Sequence record: SRR31156797_1045
DNA length: 44,639 bases
Strand: one strand, 5' to 3'
The position numbers and the translations under genes were made by a program. Under the pieces are notes generated by a model, which saw only the letters and a list, made by a program, of their open reading frames with translations, was not told the origin of the DNA and ran no database searches. Below are positions 42,813-44,639 of this stretch, in pieces. Numbering within the stretch: the stretch's first letter is position 1; each line of letters starts with the position of its first letter.

Positions 42813-43262
42813 ATGCAATTAAGCGAAGTACTTTCATTGGACTGCACGAAAAGTGCAGTTCAATGCTCTAGTAAAAAAAGAGCCCTCGAAATCATCAGCG
42901 AAATCGCTGCCAGCCACACCGGACAAAACTCTACTGAACTGTTTGAATGTATGCTCAGCCGAGAAAAAATGGGCAGTACCGGAATTGGTAATGGCATCGC
43001 TATCCCCCATGCTCGTATGACATCCAGCGACAACGCCGTTGCAGTGCTACTTCAGTGTGAAGAACCTATCGAGTTCGATTCCATCGATAACCGTCCTGTT
43101 GACCTTTTGTTCGCATTATTGGTGCCAGAAGAGCAATGTAAAGAACATCTCAAAACCCTTTCAAGCATGGCGGAACGTCTCAACGATAAACAAATATTGA
43201 AACAGCTGCGTAAGGCACAAAGCGACGAAGAGCTGTACAATATAATGGTTCAACCGCAATAG
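42813..43262 (+). CDS. ptsN: PTS EIIA(Ntr)
   Basis: Motif REKMGSTGIGNGIAIPH. Confidence 0.96.
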   Translation: MQLSEVLSLDCTKSAVQCSSKKRALEIISEIAASHTGQNSTELFECMLSREKMGSTGIGNGIAIPHARMTSSDNAVAVLLQCEEPIEFDSIDNRPVDLLFALLVPEEQCKEHLKTLSSMAERLNDKQILKQLRKAQSDEELYNIMVQPQ

Positions 43263-43271
43263 GTACCCCTT

Positions 43272-44132
43272 ATGCGTCTAATCGTTGTTAGTGGTCAATC
43301 AGGTGCAGGCAAAAGCGTTGCGCTGCGAGTATTAGAAGATCTCGGCTATTACTGTGTCGATAACCTTCCTGTTAGCTTATTAGATTCCTTCATCCAATCT
43401 GTTCACGGCAGCAAGCAAAACGTTGCGGTTAGCATCGACATTCGTAATTTGCCGAAAGAGCCATCACTGGTTGAAGATGTACTCGCACAACTGAAACAAA
43501 ACAACGATGTAAGTGTACTGTTTCTCGATGCTAACAAAGAAACACTGCTCAAACGCTACAGTGAAACCCGTCGAATTCACCCTCTGTCACTAAGTGAAAA
43601 GCAAACCTCTCTCGAGCAAGCAATTGAACTCGAGAAACGGTTACTCGAACCGCTAAAAGAGCAAGCTGACTTACTTATTGATAGCTCAAACAAATCATTA
43701 CACGATCTCAGTGAAATGGTACGCATGCGAGTTGAGGGTAGAGAACGCAAAGATTTGGTCATGGTATTTGAATCTTTTGGCTTTAAATACGGCCTACCAA
43801 GTGATGCTGACTACGTGTTCGATGTCCGCTTCTTACCAAATCCGCACTGGCAACCGGATCTACGCCCTCTCACGGGACTTGATGCTCCGATCAAAAGCTT
43901 TTTAGAGTCTCATACTGAAGTCATCGAACTAAAGCAGCAGATCCAACACTTTTTTGAGCAATGGTTACCCATGCTTGAAAAGAACAATCGCAGCTATTTG
44001 ACGATTGCTATTGGGTGTACTGGCGGAAAACATCGCTCGGTTTACCTTACTCAGCAGCTTGGCGAGTACTTTGGCTCTTTAGGTCACCAAGTACAAATCC
44101 GCCATACATCTTTAGAAAAAAACCTTTCTTAG
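43272..44132 (+). CDS. rapZ: RNase adapter RapZ
   Basis: Motifs [19 protein letters not shown] and GCTGGKHRS. Confidence 0.96.
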   Translation: MRLIVVSGQSGAGKSVALRVLEDLGYYCVDNLPVSLLDSFIQSVHGSKQNVAVSIDIRNLPKEPSLVEDVLAQLKQNNDVSVLFLDANKETLLKRYSETRRIHPLSLSEKQTSLEQAIELEKRLLEPLKEQADLLIDSSNKSLHDLSEMVRMRVEGRERKDLVMVFESFGFKYGLPSDADYVFDVRFLPNPHWQPDLRPLTGLDAPIKSFLESHTEVIELKQQIQHFFEQWLPMLEKNNRSYLTIAIGCTGGKHRSVYLTQQLGEYFGSLGHQVQIRHTSLEKNLS

Positions 44133-44142
44133 AGGATTTCTT

Positions 44143-44421
44143 ATGCCACAAGCTAGCCGTACCGTTCTGATTCAAAATCGCTTAGGGCTCCATGCTCGAG
44201 CGGCGGTTAAACTGGTGGAATTAGCGCAATCTTTTGATGCAATCCTCACAATACAGAGCCAAGAAGGTAAAGAAGCAACTGCGGATAGTGTTATGGGACT
44301 ATTGATGCTGGAATCCGCTCAAGGCCAAAACGTCACCATCTCCGCTGAAGGCTCACAAGCCGAACAAGCGCTTGATGCGGTTTGCCACCTCATCGAAGAC
44401 AAATTCGACGAAGACGAATAG
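44143..44421 (+). CDS. npr: Phosphocarrier NPr (PtsO)
   Basis: Motifs GLHARAA and SVMGLLML, last gene of the rpoN operon. Confidence 0.93.
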   Translation: MPQASRTVLIQNRLGLHARAAVKLVELAQSFDAILTIQSQEGKEATADSVMGLLMLESAQGQNVTISAEGSQAEQALDAVCHLIEDKFDEDE

Positions 44422-44551
44422 CCCTCCTGACGCCACAAAGACGAAATATTTACCGTACAGTAATAAGTTCTTATTAAATAAAGCATATACTCTTATTTAT
44501 GTATTCAAATTAGCGCTTGGCTTTAAGTGAAGAATTTATCTTCAGATAAGC

Positions 44552-44639
44552 ATCTTGAGGTTACTTGGGTATATACCCAAATGACCTCAAGATATCGGAT
44601 TCAGAGCTACATCAACGAGTTCAGGGCAAGCTTAATAAC
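44552..44639. repeat. ERIC/MITE-like inverted-repeat ends abutting at TATATA; the right copy runs off the window
   Basis: ATCTTGAGGTTACTTGGGTAT / ATACCCAAATGACCTCAAGAT forms a 42-bp palindrome with 2 mismatched pairs. The TATACCC terminus resembles ERIC-type ends. Confidence 0.6.

Noticed and set aside
44550..44639. Start of a CRISPR array or an integron attC site
   Set aside because: It is an inverted pair rather than spaced direct repeats, there are no cas or intI genes, and I did not recognise attC core sites.

Overview
This window is Vibrio chromosomal DNA, mostly conserved core genes with one accessory block. The left edge carries a minus-strand stable-RNA (rrn P1-like) promoter and a DUF3391/HD-GYP gene. 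An accessory block of about 9.5 kb (1.7-11.2 kb) runs up to the 3' end of tRNA-Leu(CAA) and shows no integrase. It holds a PAS-GGDEF-EAL-CBS protein with degenerate catalytic motifs, a 2OG-Fe(II) oxygenase with a candidate sigma54/NtrC promoter, mtlADR with several CRP sites and a probable antisense RNA, and a 65-aa ORF divergent from an AraC regulator. The core run is RDD, lptGF, pepA, holC, valS, a 2-hydroxyacid dehydrogenase, rluA, an NRAMP-fold transporter, rapA, PIN-PhoH, argF, pyrLBI, ridA, plsC, murA, ibaG, mlaFEDCB, yrbG, kdsDC, lptCAB, rpoN, hpf, ptsN, rapZ and npr. An ERIC/MITE-like inverted repeat lies at the right edge. I saw no CRISPR array, prophage, transposase or defence system. 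The best leads are regulatory inferences read by eye and all need testing. They are a probable amino-acid transporter with an NRAMP fold (no DPGN, TyrR box, GcvB-type leader), a nitrogen-regulated oxygenase, a structured sigma54 leader on the PIN-PhoH gene, an AraC/small-protein unit and two adjacent c-di-GMP proteins with degenerate motifs.
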